Source: a bacterium (GTDB taxonomy: Bacteria; SM23-31). Taken from it: DNA of 64,000 nt. Positions 62,257 through 64,000 of this stretch are shown piece by piece (position 1 is the first letter of the stretch; each line of letters opens with the position of its first letter). A program made the translations under genes and the position numbers. Under the pieces are notes generated by a model. It was not told the DNA's origin and did not search any database. It worked only from the letters and a program-made list of their open reading frames with translations. Location of the stretch: NCBI GenBank assembly GCA_965249485.1, contig OZ252239.1:2752001-2816000 (forward strand). Reading direction: 5' to 3'.

Positions 62257-62976
62257 TTATGCCGTTTCCGAAACTTCAACTTCTTCAGGTTGATCTTTTA
62301 CCGCCACTTCAATAATAGCATCACTAATAATCCTAGTTATAATCTCAATTGATTTATACGAATCATCATTCCCTGGTAACGGATACGTTATTCCATCGGG
62401 ATCACTATTAGTATCCACAACACCAAATATCGGTATTTCAAGCTTTCGTGCTTCATTAACCGCAATAAAATCTTTTATGATATCAGTTATAAAGACTGCA
62501 CCGGGCAATTTGCTCATTTCAGAAATACCACTAAAAACTTTTAAAAGTTTCTCTTTTTGTTTTTCTATAGTATGTATCTCTTTTTTTGATATCTTGTCGT
62601 AGGTTCCGTCGATTTCTTTTTTCTCCAAATTGTGGAGATGCCTGATATTTTTCTTAATTGTGCTGAAATTGGTGAGTGTACCACCTAACCACCGTTCATT
62701 CATGTAAAATTGACCGCTCCGTTCAGCATGAAACTTTATAATATCCTTTGCCTGTTTCTTAGTGCCGACAAACATTACTTTTTCACCCTTTTGTACTATT
62801 TTCTGAATAGCAATGCACGCATCTTCAAGACACTTTTGCGATTTCTTTAAATCCAGTATATAAATTCCGTTGCGTTCCATAAAAATAAATTCGCGCATTT
62901 TGGGGTTCCATCTACGGGTCAAATGCCCAAAATGTACCCCGGCGCTTAACAAATCATCAATTGTGACTCTCGGCAT
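62257..62976 (-). CDS. rpsB: 30S ribosomal protein S2
   Basis: AGVHFGH, WNPKM, RWLGGTLTN, DTNSDPD. Confidence 0.97.
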   Translation of the reverse strand: MPRVTIDDLLSAGVHFGHLTRRWNPKMREFIFMERNGIYILDLKKSQKCLEDACIAIQKIVQKGEKVMFVGTKKQAKDIIKFHAERSGQFYMNERWLGGTLTNFSTIKKNIRHLHNLEKKEIDGTYDKISKKEIHTIEKQKEKLLKVFSGISEMSKLPGAVFITDIIKDFIAVNEARKLEIPIFGVVDTNSDPDGITYPLPGNDDSYKSIEIITRIISDAIIEVAVKDQPEEVEVSETA

Positions 62977-63004
62977 TCCTTAATAAATCCTTACTAAAAA
63001 TAGG

Positions 63005-63391
63005 TTAACGTTTGGAGAACTGGAAGCGTTTCCGAGCTCCCTTTTGTCCATATTTTTTACGCTCAACCATACGGGCATCACGTGTTAAAAAATTCCCCTT
63101 GCGCATCTGAATTCTGTAATCTCCATCAACTTCAGATAGTGCCCGGGCAATCCCCAATTGCATTGCACCTGCTTGACCCGACAAACCTCCACCATGAACA
63201 TTGGCAATAATATCGTATTTGTCAGTCTGCCCAATCGATTCGATTGGTCTCAATATGTGCGTTGTTAATGAATCACGCTTGAAATAAGCTTTTAATTCAC
63301 GTTTATTAACTTTTATTTCACCTTTGCCGGGCAACAACCGAATTCGTGCAATCGATTCTTTCCTCCGGCCGGTGGCAACATAAACATCCAT
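63005..63391 (-). CDS. rpsI: 30S ribosomal protein S9
   Basis: TGRRK, GGGLSGQAGA, ERKKYG...QFSKR. Confidence 0.97.
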   Translation of the reverse strand: MDVYVATGRRKESIARIRLLPGKGEIKVNKRELKAYFKRDSLTTHILRPIESIGQTDKYDIIANVHGGGLSGQAGAMQLGIARALSEVDGDYRIQMRKGNFLTRDARMVERKKYGQKGARKRFQFSKR

Positions 63392-63406
63392 AATTTTCCT
63401 GACAGA

Positions 63407-63841
63407 TTAGTTTTTAAATACCAATGGTTCCGGTTTTTGTGCGGTATGAGGATGCTCATCGCCCGCATATATCTTAAGTTTTTTCAGCATCTTCCGCCCA
63501 AGAGTATTGTGCGGAAGCATTTTTCTGACAGCGTCATGAACAATAAATTCAGGATTAGTTTCCCGCATATGCTTAAATGATGTTGTATTAAGATGACCGA
63601 CATATCCTGTGTGCTTATAATACACTTTCTGCTCTTCCTTCAAGCCGCTTAGCTTTACCTTGTCGGCATTCACCACAACAACAAAATCACCGACATCTCT
63701 GTTTGGAGAAAAAACTGGCTTATGTTTACCACGCAGAATCGAAGCTATCTGGCTGCACATACGGCCAAGAATTTTATCCTGCGCATCGATTATAAACCAT
63801 TTCCTGTCGTTGTACTCGCCTTTTATTGTAAAAGTCTTCAA
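63407..63841 (-). CDS. rplM: 50S ribosomal protein L13
   Basis: W.IIDA...LGR, LRGKHKP, GDFVVVVNA, HPH.AQKP. Confidence 0.97.
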   Translation of the reverse strand: MKTFTIKGEYNDRKWFIIDAQDKILGRMCSQIASILRGKHKPVFSPNRDVGDFVVVVNADKVKLSGLKEEQKVYYKHTGYVGHLNTTSFKHMRETNPEFIVHDAVRKMLPHNTLGRKMLKKLKIYAGDEHPHTAQKPEPLVFKN

Positions 63842-63870
63842 TATGTTTCCTTGTTTTTCTGAAAAGTTAT

Positions 63871-63899
63871 AATGTACTAATATAATTTTTTTTTGTCAA
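63871..63899 (-). promoter_or_regulatory. Putative sigma70 promoter of the rplM-rpsI operon
   Basis: TTGACA-N17-TACATT. Confidence 0.6.
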
Positions 63900-64000
63900 T
63901 ATTTATTCTGCTTAACTTTTTAATCACGGCGAAGCCAATAGCGGCCTTTTCCGAAAACTCCAACAACTCTACCTACAAGCTCATTATCGAGAAAACAGGA

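Noticed and set aside
63920..64000. Possible 3' end of a minus-strand gene at the window edge
   Set aside because: Too short to choose a frame or assign a product
1..64000. CRISPR arrays, transposases, integrases, prophage, retron or other defence genes
   Set aside because: No regularly spaced repeats or diagnostic motifs seen by eye on either strand

Overview
Mostly core chromosome of an AT-rich diderm bacterium. The long three-domain IspG, DGGGP-synthase-like UbiA protein, VPS10/DUF885/M14 proteins and BamA-family gene suggest the FCB superphylum or a related uncultured lineage, which is an inference. It carries: a sugar/polyol dehydrogenase cluster with a non-canonical Nramp-fold transporter; a 2-oxoacid:ferredoxin oxidoreductase pair; an accessory peptidase/VPS10/DUF885 block downstream of tRNA-Met; PpiD; a GT4/GNAT pair; a VWA/AAA+ pair; an FMN-riboswitch-controlled rib operon; DegP, PBP1A and GlmM; a nadX-enolase-dapA-dapB-dapH run; a stand-alone fliG; tRNA-Gly; an ispG/pgsA/cdsA/DGGGPS-like lipid cluster behind an NHL/large beta-barrel/BamA module; and rplM-rpsI-rpsB-tsf-pyrH-frr. 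No CRISPR array, integrase, transposase or prophage is seen. Several genes are broken and partly or wholly missed by the ORF track (tautomerase, DUF4177-like, VPS10, PhzF, DUF72, receiver domain, hemerythrin, TPR protein). Many breaks fall in short homopolymers, so some may be assembly errors. The best candidates for undescribed biology are the archaeal-type ether-lipid enzyme clustered with cdsA/pgsA/ispG, the adjacent outer-membrane module, the nadX/enolase genes in front of dapABH, and a PepSY-like extension on the oxidoreductase alpha subunit. All calls come from motif recognition by eye; no searches were run.
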